Shown here in pieces: positions 27,801-41,500 of a stretch of 64,000 nucleotides of DNA. Origin of the DNA: Antedon mediterranea (lineage: Eukaryota > Animalia > Echinodermata); the NCBI RefSeq assembly GCF_964355755.1, contig NC_092675.1:1235812-1299811 (forward strand). The letters run 5' to 3'. How positions within the stretch are numbered: position 1 is the stretch's first letter; every line of letters begins with the position of its first letter. A program made the translations under genes and the position numbers. A model generated the notes under the pieces. That model was not told the origin of the DNA. It searched no databases and was given only the letters and a program-made list of their open reading frames with translations.

Positions 27801-30800
27801 TGTCTATTCCCTCAGGCGTCGTAAAGGCCAGTACTGTATACAGTACTCATAACAGAAATTCGATCCATTTTTTTCCCAATCTGTACTGCAGAGGTTGGAT
27901 ATAATTTTTTTTAAACGGATAATGAGCTACCGTTTTCAGTCGCCGTATATTATGTACAAATCTTTATTATTGCATTTAAACCACCCACATCATCACCCTT
28001 CCCTCACTGCCATGAGTAGCGTTGTAAAGCCAGTAGAGGATAAGCCTATACGGTGCATCACATGCCCTAAACGCAGAACAACTTTGGTGGGTAGGGTAGG
28101 AACCAACTTAATTATGAATTGGCTCTAAGAAACAATTGAAAACCATTAGGCCTACTAATTAAGTTGAGTTAGATAATTTAATATTATTGACGATTAAATC
28201 GAACTTATGATTTTCCCCGAATAGAGGTGGTTTTCACAAATTGTTTAACATTATATATAAACATACGTCGTAGTGTATCGTTACATGTACTGTACTATTT
28301 CAATCGACTACGACGATGATAGTTTCAACAAAGGATTACATCGCAATGTTTTACTGTGTTTAGTGGTATATTATTTGTAAAACATGAAAACAATTAATAT
28401 TTCGTTACAAAATAAAGAATATATTTAAAAATTGTTCCTCTTTGCACCCATCCTCTTCCCCATCCCTCAACCATAATGTTACATACAAAACACAAAATAA
28501 GTTAGTTTAAATCTGACTTTTAAAACAATTGGTCTCATTGTGTGACAAGTTTCTCTTTCGGAAGTAATTCCCAGGGTGCTAATTTTAGTTGAGTACATAA
28601 ATCACAGTGTCTATTTATTCGTTCCTGTAAACGACATGTATTATTGTCCTGCATTATTGTACATTTGAAGTCGCCAGTTTTTTAACGCTGAAATCATTAT
28701 GTATTCGAGAACCATCTGTGGGCACGACCTAGATGGTACGCGAGCGAAGCGAGCGTACCATCTAGTATATATAAATTTACGTAAGGTAAAATTCGGTAAA
28801 TCGCGCGTTGCTTCTAGAATTTTTCTTCGATGGTATATAAAGTTGGTTGTACTGATTTTAACCACCTAACATAACCCTCTGTTTACTAATTAAGTTGAGT
28901 TAGAAAATTAGTTATTTACGATTAAAACGAATTTAGGTTCAACGATTTGCACCAATTACCGCTGTTTCCCGATCGAGGTATACACTGTTTAATGGATGTC
29001 GATGCTGGAAAATAGCCGCACACAATAATGAGGATGCTTCGCATTTACCTATCTCCTTCTACGATAATTACGAAGACAAATCAAATTGCTTTAAAAAAAC
29101 AAACTATTTTGATATATGTAATACATTACTATACGCGTATACAAATGTATTGCGATGAATGAATATTCTGTCTCCCAGTACTCCATTTTGGTATAATGCA
29201 AGTAGGTAAATTTATGGGTCCTTGTGGAATAAACTTAAAACCTTTAAATATAGTATTGCAATTCTGTTGTTAGTTATAAGTTTTCCTCCATGTATAACAC
29301 ATTTTAACAATACTGTAAATACATATTAACCATTTTTGGTCGCCATTTGAAACGCTGATTTCTTACTGTACGTGTGGGTACTGTTAGATATATAAACACA
29401 TATACAAACTTTATTACTGACAGTTGGTTCTCAACGTTTTTATTGATTAATAATTACAACAAATATAAACGTCGTAGTGGTGTATCGTGACATATTATGT
29501 ACTTTACTATTTCAATCGACTATGACTATGACAGTGACATTTTCAGCAAAGTATTAAATCGCAAATGTTTTTATTAGTGGTATATTATTTATAAAACATG
29601 AAAACAAATATTTCAATACTGAATAGATAAAAGAATTTATTTTAAAATTGTTCCTCTTTGCACCAATCCTCTTCCCCATCCCTCGACCCTAATGTTACAT
29701 ACAAAACACAAATTGGGTATATTTAAATTTGGTTCAAAAATGTGTTTTTTTCGGAAGTAATTCTCAAGGTACAAAGTTTTAGTTGACTATGCAAACGAAT
29801 CACATGTATTTTACATTCCTGCGGTACGTACATTTTAAATCGCCATTTTTTACTCAGAAATAACTATGTGTATTCGAGAACCATCTAGTAATGATAATTA
29901 TTTGAATATCAGTACAAACACACTTATTATTCATGTATTTTAGAACTTCAAATTATAACATTATACTATACCGTCCATTGCACCATGATGTCTCTTGTTT
30001 TAAAAGTATTTTTTATGACAGTGACACTAAAATCAACATAGCCTTCAGGTTCTAGTTTTATATTAAAAAAAAAAGATTTAAGCAATTATTAACAGTATAA
30101 ATTCTGCTGAATCAGTACACAGTCGCAATGAGTATCGATAAGGTGTGGGGTCAAAATTGCAACAAAAAAAACACATACATTTCCTAATACAAAAAAAGGA
30201 ATAGGCCTACTATAATTGGTAACCGCGCGCATATGTTTTACTAGGGTCAAACAAAAAACAACATTATCAGTTAATTTGTTACCCAATCAGATAAAGATAT
30301 CAGATATTAAAGAAAATAATGTGCGCATGGTCAGTCATTGCCGAACAACCAAGTGCCCAATCATAACGCAACAATCTGTATCTAGGTCAAAGGTTAAAAA
30401 ATGATCAGATCATTTTTAAAACGGTTGGACAACATCATTCTACAAAATCTCACGTTATAATAAAAATTCATATCATCTTACCACCTTCCAGTGTTTGAGC
30501 TGAATACGTTGGTCCCCAATCACTCCAATCGTTATACCGAAATTTCGAACGCGCTTGTAGCTTGTACCAAGTGTAGGGCTCAAGTTTAATAATAGTGATG
30601 GGCTGATTATAACGATTATCGTCATCTGAATCCTGAAAAAGTAATTATGAGAGAGAAAATAAATAGAATTGTTGTGAACATCAAGAATTTAAGTTAAATA
30701 AAATTAAGAAAATAAACAAGGCCATATACATGGCTGCAGTCGCGTGCTCAAGTTAGTGTTTACCGACCAACCGACCAACAGACCGACCAACCAACCGACA

Positions 30801-33800
30801 TAGACAGCTGTAGAGTCGCGTTGCACGCGACTAAAAATAATGCTGTTCAAATAGAAACGTGAATTTTGTTCAATATAAGCATCTTGTGAAGACTCAATTT
30901 GATATTAATAAAATATTAAAACCTATGATAATAATGATGAATATGATTTACACAATATAAATAAAGTAATTTTAAGCAACATGGATATAGATTACAAGGT
31001 GGATAATATAATGGAGAAAATAATTGGCTGTAGGCCTATACATATTCGAATAACAATAGAATATAATAACAGAAAAGAAAAATATTTGATTAATGATATG
31101 ATGATTGATCTGTATTTGGTAAACAAGAGTAATACATTCTTACCTCTTTCCAGTTTTCGTTTGTATCATTCTTGCAGTAGCGAATTTGGTAACGTAAGCT
31201 GTTCTTATAGCGACCAGCATCTGGCTGTAGTTGAACAGTAATTCTCAGTGTTGTACTAGTTGGCTCTACCTTCTTAATACTTGGCGTACGAGGGATGGCA
31301 GCTAAAGCAAATAATAATATATTTCATGGGATTTTCTGTGTTTTTAGGTTACAACTTAAAACTCATGATCCTTTAGTATTAAAATAATGTTTTAAAGGAA
31401 GATTGATTAAATTATTTTTCAATATTCATTGATTTGATCTGCTGCGTAAACACATTGTTTTGTCTTAGTTTATTATACGCAAGTAATAATCTTTACTTAC
31501 CTATGTAACAGTCAAAATTAATTTGGGTTGAGGCTTCACCAATAAAATTGGTAACGGTTACTCTGATACGATGGGCAATTGCTGGATTGTTTGCAGAATT
31601 AATGTTACACCTAAATTCACCAACTTGTTCAGGGCAAGTTCTCCATGAGCTTGAGAAAAACAAGAATTATTAATTATGAATAATCCGAGTTGGTTAAGTA
31701 TTTGAAAAATACACGTTACTGCTCTCAAGTGAAGACCATCTCATATGGTCACCGTGCAATATCTTATGCAGCTCCTATGCTTTGGAATTCTCTTCCAAAC
31801 TGCATTAAAGATGCACAGTCGGTGGTTCTTTTTAAGAGACTATTAAAAAAGCATATTAATCCCCGTTTTTCTCATTTTCCCTGGTTAGCGACGAGGGCGT
31901 ATCCACTAACTTCGCTTTTTTTTTTTTTTTTTTAAATCCCTTTTATCGTATTAGTTTATGTACAACGCTTAGAGGTTTTACAACAGTAGGCGCTATAGAA
32001 ATCGAGGTGGTTATTATTATTGTTTCTAGACCTAGAGACCCCCAAGAGCTTAAGGGGAAAAAGATACAGAAAAAGTACATCATAATAAGATAAAGATAAG
32101 ATGCTAATACACATTTTCTTAGAAACAAACCACATTACACTGGTTACAATAAGTTACATAAGATAAGTTACAATATTTGGTATTTAGGACATGTATTACT
32201 ATATTACATAATATAAACCTGAAAACATTTATAATCAAAATAGAAACTCGGGCATTATATTTCTAAATGGCAGCAAATTTAATAGTTGTTTTATATAATC
32301 GGACAGTAGGTACTTACTGTTTATATTCATATTCAAATGTATATGTATCCTTTAAATTTGTGTTCTCGATTTCTGACCACTCACACCAGTAATCAATTAT
32401 ATTTGTTGAAAAACAGTTGAGTGTTGGTTTAGTTGGTGCCACTGTAAATAAGTAAATTATTCCATACTGTAGTCAAGATAGGTCATGGATTGGTTGGTAA
32501 TTTCAAATTGGGCAAAGAGGTGCATTGATAATGTTAGTAATTCTAAAAGAAAATGCAGAGGCATATGGGGAACCGAGGGTGAGATGGGCGGTGCTGGTTG
32601 TACATACTAAAATAAAGCTGATCCAGCCAGCATTGCAAAATTACAATGGATGTTTTATTGAAGTTGATACATATTTAAAATGTTATCTTCGTTTGTCAAT
32701 CATTTGTACTTTTGGAGAATGGATGCGTATAGCCTACACGTCAAAACCACCATCCACCCCCCACCATAGAAAAAATAGTTCGTTTAGTTGTGGATGTTTT
32801 AATCAAACAAATAAAAGGAAACTTTGTGTTATTTTGTCAGTGTATTGAGAGGACATACGAGTACTAAATGTCTAATGAATATGTAATCGCATTCTTAAAT
32901 TTAATCTTACTTCCTATATATATATAGGAATTTGGTAAACAATGATATTAATAATCACTTATTGACCGTATCCGGACAACTATCACAATTACCACCCGGA
33001 CAACTACTCTCTGGACAACTACACCTATGATAACTACCCCCTAGACAACTACCCCCTAGGACAACTACCCACTAGGACAACTACCCACTAGGACAACTAC
33101 CCACTAGGACAACTACCCACTAGGACAACTACCCACTAGGACAACTACCCACTAGGACAACTACCCACTAGGACAACTACCCACTAGGACAACTACCCAC
33201 TAGGACAACTACCCACTAGGACAACTACCCACTAGGACAACTACCCACTAGGACAACTACCCACTAGGACAACTACCCACTAGGACAACTACCCACTAGG
33301 ACAACTACCCACTAGGACAACTACCCACTAGGACAACTACCCACTAGGACAACTACCCACTAGGACAACTACCCACTAGGACAACTACCCACTAGGACAA
33401 CTACCCACTAGGACAACTACCCACTAGGACAACTACCCACTAGGACAACTACCCACTAGGACAACTACCCACTAGGACAACTACCCACTAGGACAACTAC
33501 CCACTAGGACAACTACCCACTAGGACAACTACCCACTAGGACAACTACCCACTAGGACAACTACCCACTAGGACAACTACCCACTAGGACAACTACCCAC
33601 TAGGACAACTACCCACTAGGACAACTACCCACTAGGACAACTACCCACTAGGACAACTACCCACTAGGACAACTACCCACTAGGACAACTACCCACTAGG
33701 ACAACTACCCACTAGGACAACTACCCACTAGGACAACTACCCACTAGGACAACTACCCACTAGGACAACTACCCACTAGGACAACTACCCACTAGGACAA

Positions 33801-34858
33801 CTACCCACTAGGACAACTACCCACTAGGACAACTACCCACTAGGACAACTACCCACTAGGACAACTACCCACTAGGACAACTACCCACTAGGACAACTAC
33901 CCACTAGGACAACTACCCACTAGGACAACTACCCACTAGGACAACTACCCACTAGGACAACTACCCACTAGGACAACTACCCACTAGGACAACTACGCAT
34001 TGCAGTGAACCACCAATATCTTTCTCTGTATTTATGTCCATTTATGCATTACATCATTCCGTTAATTAATCACGCATAACGGAGAGTAACTATCGCAAAA
34101 CCATATAAAAAGTTTACAAAAGAGGTTGTTTAGATGTCAAAGAAAAAAATATTCTCTTCTCTCAAAGTAGAGTTTCTCCAACAGCTAATAATATAATTAT
34201 AAAAGAAACGTTTGTCGTGTTAATGCTGTGGGTTTCAAAATACCATATAAATATTATGCCAAATAATAATTATGTTGGTAATAATCTCATACAACATATG
34301 GAGTGGACAGAATTAACTACTAAATATTTAATCGTTATTTAAGCTTACTTCCTACGTATACATATGTTCCATGCCATGACGAATCAGGTAAATAACAATG
34401 ATATTGATCTTTGTAATTTGCCATCGTTAAGTTCTGTAACCTTAGCATAGCCTCTGAGTCTGATATGATATCTATCTTCGATGGGTCTATTCTATCAGTA
34501 TCTTTACCAAAACTAGTCGTCCATATGATATCTCTTGAGGTATACGTGGTTGATGCATCTAATGTACAAATCATATTTAAATCTGATCCAGTAGCTACGA
34601 TAGGGTCCATCGGTGTCATGATCACTAAAAAATAAAATGTTTGTTTAAGAAACTTTAGAACAAGATGTCTCCCTTGTATTAAAATATCATCCAAATTTGT
34701 TTTCGCAATAAGAATTAATGGTAGAATCTTTTCATGATATTTTTATAAACTAATATTATTATTAGAAAGTACGAAAAAGTATTTGTTTTACCTGCACGGG
34801 CGCTGGCCTGATATAGTTGTTGAAAACATAAGCCGATAAGTATATATAGTGTAGTCAT
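16773..34858 (-). CDS. Class I cytokine receptor-like paralog B with three cytokine-binding modules (24 exons, ~1275 aa)
   Basis: Exons: 34792-34858 (SP), 34349-34624 (Ig1), 32318-32441, 31501-31649, 31144-31301, 30482-30632 (CBM1, WSDWG), 29972-30051, 27152-27272, 24572-24655 (FN3), 23751-24020 (Ig2), 22984-23110, 22333-22499, 22037-22194, 21301-21457 (CBM2), 20744-20857 (half Ig3), 20495-20621, 20113-20279, 19755-19906, 19270-19420 (CBM3), 18969-19100, 18549-18722 (FN3), 17962-18033 (stub), 17502-17635 (TM+WPEP), 16773-17288 (tail). Open frame, GT-AG and phase-compatible throughout (3828 nt). Joining into one transcript is inferred. Confidence 0.7.
20865..21150 (+). mobile_element. tRNA-derived SINE (related copies at ~21680-21825 and ~39172-39425)
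   Basis: A box gtggccgagcggttaag and B box ggttcgagactc; shared body gtcttctcggataaggac..gtaggtcca..tgtacac..ctagctc and tail cccagtataa. Confidence 0.85.
21846..21971. repeat. Imperfect (GCT/GAT)n trinucleotide microsatellite
   Basis: tgctgctgatgatgctgatgctgctgct... Confidence 0.9.
23243..23393. mobile_element. MITE with 16-bp TIRs; related fragments at ~4570-4745
   Basis: cttggttctcactaga ... tctagtgagaaccaag; internal gaccaatgacaagc motif shared with the 4.6 kb region. Confidence 0.7.
24752..27022. repeat. 32-bp minisatellite, ~71 copies (acacgggtacgtgtgtacctgaattcaattca)
   Basis: Near-perfect tandem array with occasional 1-bp deletions and one short unit; no spacers. Confidence 0.98.
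27325..29890. repeat. Diverged intronic tandem duplication containing a dispersed repeat (27330-27790 ~ 28765-29170; 28240-28720 ~ 29445-29885; inverted copy ~21480-21680)
   Basis: Shared strings tatataaatttacgtaagg..aattcggtaaatcgcgcgtt and aaaattgttcctctttgcacc..tcctcttccccatccctc each occur twice. Confidence 0.75.
30715..30837. mobile_element. Short dispersed repeat with (accga/ccaa) tract; inverted copy at ~37728-37890
   Basis: aacaaggccatatacatggctgcagtcg...gtcgcgttgcacgcgactaaaa is the reverse complement of ttttagtcgtgtgcaaacgcgac...gcagccatgtatatggccttgtt. Confidence 0.7.
31714..32022 (+). mobile_element. L2/CR1-like LINE 3' fragment
   Basis: KTISYGHRAISYAAPMLWNSLPNCIKDAQSVVLFKRLLKKH matches the typical L2/CR1 ORF2 C-terminus; tail cgcttaga...ggcgctataga...(tta)n. 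Confidence 0.7.
32893..32950 (-). pseudogene. Relic 3' end of an Ig exon with donor, inside a paralog B intron
   Basis: Plus-strand cttacttcctat...gaatttggtaaacaatgatatt resembles the Ig2 exon end cttacttccaat...gaatttggtaaataacaataatatt, with an internal deletion. Confidence 0.45.
32973..33996. repeat. 16-bp minisatellite, ~60 copies (ggacaactacccacta)
   Basis: Perfect array 33059-33996 preceded by degenerate units. Confidence 0.98.
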
Positions 34859-36702
34859 GGTTAATAATTTTATTTGCTAAAACAAAAACAATAAAATGGT
34901 GAAGTTCATTTGAATATAGTAGTCATGGCAATTTTGCAACAGACAATCCGATCCTCTTTAACAATATACTGTACAGCTGCAAGTGTACGCCTATGTCTTA
35001 AGAAGTGCTAAAACATGAAACAGGTAAACAATATTCTCGAACTAAAATAGTGACTGAACATGACCGTATTCTGTACTAAAATAAGTGTTAACAAATGTTG
35101 AATATATACTCTACACAATATATTAGTAAATGTATTAAAAAATTACTTACTACCATTTTTATCATTAATATCATTAATACAAATAAATTCTAAACCGCCC
35201 GGTGATATACTGAAAATTAATTAATTTAGAAACGATAAAGATGAGGAAATCTGTGAGAATGAGATTCGAACTTGAAACCTTGTGTTTGATGTGCAGATGT
35301 CGTAAACATTGAACAATACCATGAAAGCCACAATGGTTTATTGTTTATAAGTATATTCTCTATTATTAATGTATAATTCAGTAAAGGATGACTGTTGAAA
35401 TGAAGGATTTATTTGTCAAATAAAATAAACATTGAATGTAGTCTACCTAAATATCATTTACTGGTAAAGTTCATGAACTCTTACCGATAGATATACTTAT
35501 ATTAGATAATAGATAGATAAACTTAATTTAATATTTAATAACAGAAAAAAAATAATAAAGAAATATTATATTTTAATAATTTAAATGAATCAATATGTAT
35601 AACATACTTCTTCAAACAAGAGCTCACGTTTACATAATGTGATAATATAATATAGTATAACACTGTGTATTATTCAGCGCTGAGCCGAGTTATAAATTAA
35701 AATTTTAAAAACAGAAACGAAACGAAAATAACGGCTTTTTATATTTAAAAAATTAACTGTTTTATTCGATCTAGTTTTTGGAAAAAATAATTTATTTCAT
35801 TCCCGAGATATTGGGAGAATTAGGCCTATTAAATTAGAAACAAACTTAATTAATTTATCTTTACTCTAGTTCTCTCTTTTTACTCTTGAATTAATTTGTT
35901 CATTTGTTCAAGGAAGCCATAAATATAGGCCTATAATATGAATGAAGTGATTGTTGTCTACTTCTGAGAATGGTTTGACGTAACGATTCAGGAAATGGTT
36001 AACCACCACGCATCATACATAATACAGTTCAGCATATACAATCAAGATGTATTAAAATCGTTACAACAGATGGACAACAATCGTTTCTCAAATAATGTAC
36101 CAAAGTACAATTAATAAACAAAAACCGGATGAATATATTTTTCAACGTGGTTTCTAATACGATTAATATTTACTTATTTCTTCATGTAGTAAACACACTG
36201 TTGCTGGTTTGCACACATTAAATAGACAAGCAATATCTACATGTGAATTGTGATATATATTTAGCTTTAACCTAACATACGTAAATAATTTACCTGTGTT
36301 ATTAGAATTTACAAAACAGTTTACAATGTTATCATAGAAATACAATGTTATAAATCATTCCTTCGTGATTAGTATTAACGTTATACAGTAATAAGATAAG
36401 TCCTTAAAATAAATTAAAATATCAAAATACAAAATCTAAATAATATCGTACATCTCTATCATAATTATGTTAAGTATGTTGCTGAAAGATCCAGTTTCAG
36501 AATATTCCATTCAAAGATAGGGGTAGAATAAAATTAAATAAAAACTATACTTACTTGCAAATGTAAGTTTACTACGAAATGAACAACATCAAATATTTAA
36601 GTTTATTTAAACTAGCATGTGTCTCCATGAACTATACATCCATACATGAACGCAGTAATGGTAAATGAGTTTAACGAATGTTAAATAGTAGTAAAAGTTA
36701 GC

Positions 36703-36750
36703 CTGGTGCGCATGCGTCTGAATCAGGAATGCTCAATACCAGGAAAATGG
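36703..36750 (-). promoter_or_regulatory. Putative conserved promoter block of paralog B (GCGCATGCG + TTCCTGGTA)
   Basis: Same two motifs as upstream of paralog C; lies just 5' of a candidate non-coding exon donor (~36553). Confidence 0.45.
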
Positions 36751-37299
36751 CAATTAGTCTTCCATGTTTCCCGTTCACATGTTATGTGTTTTTGAGATAA
36801 GATTAAAGCTAACACTAGTTTAAAGTTCAGAATGGTAGTCCATATTGACTGCTAACAAAAATATTAGTTATTAGGCCTATTATTAGTATTACATTTTTCT
36901 CCAAAGTTTATTATTTGATTTTTCATCGCCATTTATACCAATTTATTGTAGTAATGTAGAATCATTCACGTTTGCCCTACTATTAGATATGTATTTAGAA
37001 ATTGAATTGAAAATTGAACCTGCATTGGAACACGGTACTAAACTATCCAAACCTAGGAATTTGTTACATAACCTTATATATTATTAACCTGAATCAAACA
37101 ACTATTAATTGCTATCATCTAGGCCTAATAATATAGTTGAAATAAAGTTAGGAATAAAGATTCTCTACAAGTAAGCATGTTTTATTGCGTTGCAATAAAT
37201 ACTCCTATTGCAGTTAATGAAAGGGTCCGTACCGGCATAGTACCGTATAAAATAATTAATGTTCATGAATGCAATGGTACAAATAACTTCATGATGATA

Positions 37300-37413
37300 C
37301 AGTCAACTCTCCCAATACCGGACTCTCTGAAAATCAGAAACTCTCCAAATACCAGACTTTTCGGAAACATACTTGACCAGCCCAAAGGTGTCTGATATTG
37401 GGAGAGTTGACTG
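37300..37413. mobile_element. Tc1/mariner-type MITE with TA target-site duplication
   Basis: ta|cagtcaactctcccaata ... tattgggagagttgactg|ta. Confidence 0.85.
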
Positions 37414-38561
37414 TATGACATTATCTTCCATCGAATGAAATTATTTGTTCCGTTGGACGGATATAAACCAACCGAAAAGGCAGCGCTCTAATTTTGGACG
37501 CGGAATAGAACAATTATAGACGGCGCATAGCGCCACACTACAGGCTGATTTTTCAACGCGATCAGTCAAAAACCTCGTGTCACACATTCCAGTTGTTCAC
37601 TGTGTAACTAAGACGTAAAAGTTCAATAGAGTAGTTATTGAATATCATGTGATAAAACGACAATAATCAACTCGAGTGTGTTAATAATCATCATTCACCA
37701 TTCACCGAATCTGTGTTCGCTTACCGTTTTTAGTCGTGTGCAAACGCGACTTTACAGCTCACTATGTCGGTGCAAACGCGACTTTACAGCTCACTATGTC
37801 GGTCGGCTGATCGGTCGGTTGGTCGGTCGGTCGGTAAATACTAACTCAAATTTGAGCACACGACTGCAGCCATGTATATGGCCTTGTTCCTTAATAATGA
37901 GTAGAATACACACGTTTTAAGTACAAAAATAAAATATTTATTCAGTATACATTATGGCTAAGACTAGACTAGACTTTTAACCAAGGCTAGACTTTTAACC
38001 AAGACCATTAATAGCAACAAATTCCCAAAGAAGCTGCAGTACATTTACTTATAAATATTCTTCTTACAATTGGCTCCATATCAATCAATTTTAATTTTCA
38101 GTTCATCTCTCAGTCAAAGATATATGTGGTTATGTTTATAGTACTACACAATACAAATGCAACATTAATACGATAAAAGTATTAAAGAAAAATATTTCAC
38201 ATAATGTGTTTGCATTGTGTACGGCTATCTTACACTAATTAAGCATTATATTATACAATTTTCTTTTAAAATACAAATTTACATACTTAAGTTTCTTATC
38301 GTAGGATATTAAGCATAAATAATTGTATACAATATTCTTTTTTAAAAACAAATCTATAATCTATATTAGATAAATACAACTGTACTACTGCACCCTGTAT
38401 GCCACTTTACCTCCATTATTTTAGCGTTAATTCGTTATTAAATTATTCAAAACCATGTCCGCTCTTAATGGCTTTGATGAGGAACTTTTTCCGTTTTAAT
38501 CATCAAACAGAGCACTTTAAGAATTATTACTATCATAAAGAATTGATAGTAGACACTGATT

Positions 38562-41500
38562 TTAACTTGAGTGAAGTGTAGGCTTTTGGTTTGGTAACAT
38601 TGGTACGTACCCACAGTCTTCGCTTGTAGATGGTATAATTGACTCAATGGTTGAAGTGGAGGGCATATTGGTGTATGATTCAGAATTTGAGGTATCAGTC
38701 GTATAATCGGAAACAAACTCTTCGTTTATTTCGTTCCCTGGAGGATACTGATAACACATCTCACCATTTACAAAGTTACCTGCGTAGTTAATGTGAAAAA
38801 ATGCCTTTCCCATATTTTCATTTTCTCTATTTATACCCTGTTGTGCTGGATAAAATGTATCATCATAATTATTAAGTTCATTCTTATATGAAGTTTTCTC
38901 TTCTATTTGAGAAAAATTCGACATATCATGGAATCCTTGATCAGAGCTTGCTGTGCTTCCGATTGTGCTTTTGTTATTCGGTCTTTTCTTAAGTTCATCA
39001 AACGTTTCTTTCTCTGTTGGAGGAGGGGACAGTTCAGGATCAATCACCTTAGAGTATAAAAAGAAGATTTCAAGTGAAAGGAATTGAAACTCTATTTCAA
39101 ACATACATTACCCTTAGCCCTAATCCACTCAATAAACATCGTTAGAACAAATGTTTTGATGATCTTTGCCTTTGAGTAGCTGAGTAGTTAAGACGGTGGA
39201 ACCGTAATTACTTAGCCCTAACATCGGCAAGAGTGCGAGGCTCACTCACTCCATGGTTTATGGTGATAGAACAAGTCTTCTCGGATAAGGACGTAGGTCC
39301 AGTGTACACACCTAGCTCATTTGCACCTAGTACATCTTTCGGGTTATCCCGGTGTACTAGTACATCACAACCACTGATCATAACTATGGGCCCTCTGGGA
39401 GACCAGTTTAGGTCGCCCAGTATAATTAAATAATAACAATTTCATAAAGGGTAGGTTTTAAAAAAAGGCAAAGCTTCTATATAATAATTTTTCAAGTTAT
39501 AACGCCACATGATGTGTGATTGTACACTAATATACGAATACGGAAATAGTGAATAAACTATACTTACAACATGTGTGAATTTCGGTTCAGGCCACGGTTT
39601 AAAATATTTATCATGGTATTTATGTTTATAGATGTAGGCAATCAGTACAAATGTCAGTATTATGACAATTGGTATGAGGATATATAGATAAATGGCTGAA
39701 GCTAGAATAAGAAATATATCGTTATTAGTATAATATATAGAGTGAGGTAGATACTACACCTTCTCTTATTATTTATAGGATGTTAAATGTAAAACAGGGT
39801 ATTTTAATACCTATACCACCAAAGAACGACGTTTTATCTTTTTTTTATGGAAAATTGCGTTTGGGTTGATTTACAAATATTTTCATGATCAAACTACAGT
39901 ACCATTTGAGACCAAACGAATACTGTATCTAGAAAACCAAGCAACTGCCGCTTGTAAACAAAAGTTATATCGACAATATGAACATCTTTCAGTACAGTGA
40001 CGGATAGACAATGCACATATATAATTTGTTTGTTCAATATGCCATTTTAATGTTAAATAATGTTACATTTTCATATTTTCTATAAGCATATGCATAAGTA
40101 TCATACGGTATTTGTTAAGTTTATCTTTTAAATACACAACTTATATAATAACGTTTCAACAAAATGTATGTGTCCTATAGTCCTAAAGCTGAAGGTGATG
40201 ATTGATAGTCAATTTTCAAAGTATAAACTGGTAGATTGAATTAAGAACTTACTTTCCTGGTTGATTTTCTTCGAAACAGGACTATGATAACCCGTTTTTG
40301 CATCATTGCTGTCCGTCTTCGACGTCCATTGCATGGAAGTTGGGAGGTTTTCATGTAGGCCTACAGCTGTAGTCGTGTAAGTAGTTGTCTGTGCTAAAAT
40401 CAAATAAATTAGAACTATTTTAATAAAAGCCTTTACAAAAAAAACTTGCATAAACCATGGACTGGTATGTTATACAAATAAGTGTGTATATATCTTCTTA
40501 AAGTATATTGTAAATACTGTACATTTTAGACAAGTTTACATTCTGAAAATTTGAGCCAAGTCCGAGTTGAGTAAAACGTTTTCGTAGCAAATTCCTCAAC
40601 ACAATCATTAGTCTACTCTCAGTAATAAATCAAATTTGTGCGAAAAGGGTCTAGCTCTAGATCTGATAGAAGGTTCTGGGTTCGAGAACTACTTTCAAAT
40701 GACTAATTATGTATGAGTAAATCAAAATTCAAATATCTTCTAACACAAAATCACTCTACAAAATAATAGATAACTTACCACCTTCATCATTGCTGTCCGT
40801 ATTTGACATCCATTGCATGGAGGTTTGGGGGTTTTCATGTACAGCTATAGGCATATAAGTATTTTGTGCTGAAATCAAATATAAATTACATCATTTTTCA
40901 TTCTCTCACTGCCTCTCATTTTTATGTTAAACCATCGCCTGTTTTGACAATGTATATTTAATAAGCGAATAATCTTACAGTCTTAAAAGTAGTTTGATTA
41001 ATTTCTTACCTGTTTCAGGATAAAAATAAATTTGGGTTGAAGCTTTTCCAAGAAAATTGGTAACATTTACCCTGAAACCATGGCCAATTCCAGAATTTAG
41101 ATTAGCCTCATCGCCATCAAATGAAACTTTACACCCAAATTCACCAACCTTTTCAGGACACGTTTGCCAAGAACTTGAGAAAAATAAAAAAGAGAATTGA
41201 ACGGTAAGAGGATTTGATTACATTTTGGCAGGTATGGCTTTATTTTATTTTTTCAAAATAATGTTACCCTTGTTTCATTTTATAATATTGTTTTGAAATA
41301 TTTATGCATTAATACATATTAATGAATATTATAAAAAATATGAAATTATTATTATTAGTATCTGTATTGCTTAGGTTTAAAACCCATGCTTTCTAATTAC
41401 ATAGTTCTCAATGAGTCTTCATCAGAACAAGTATTTTCAAACAAAACTTTATCAATTCAACTATATTTAAGCACGGAGGCCAAAATCTAGTCTGGGTTCC

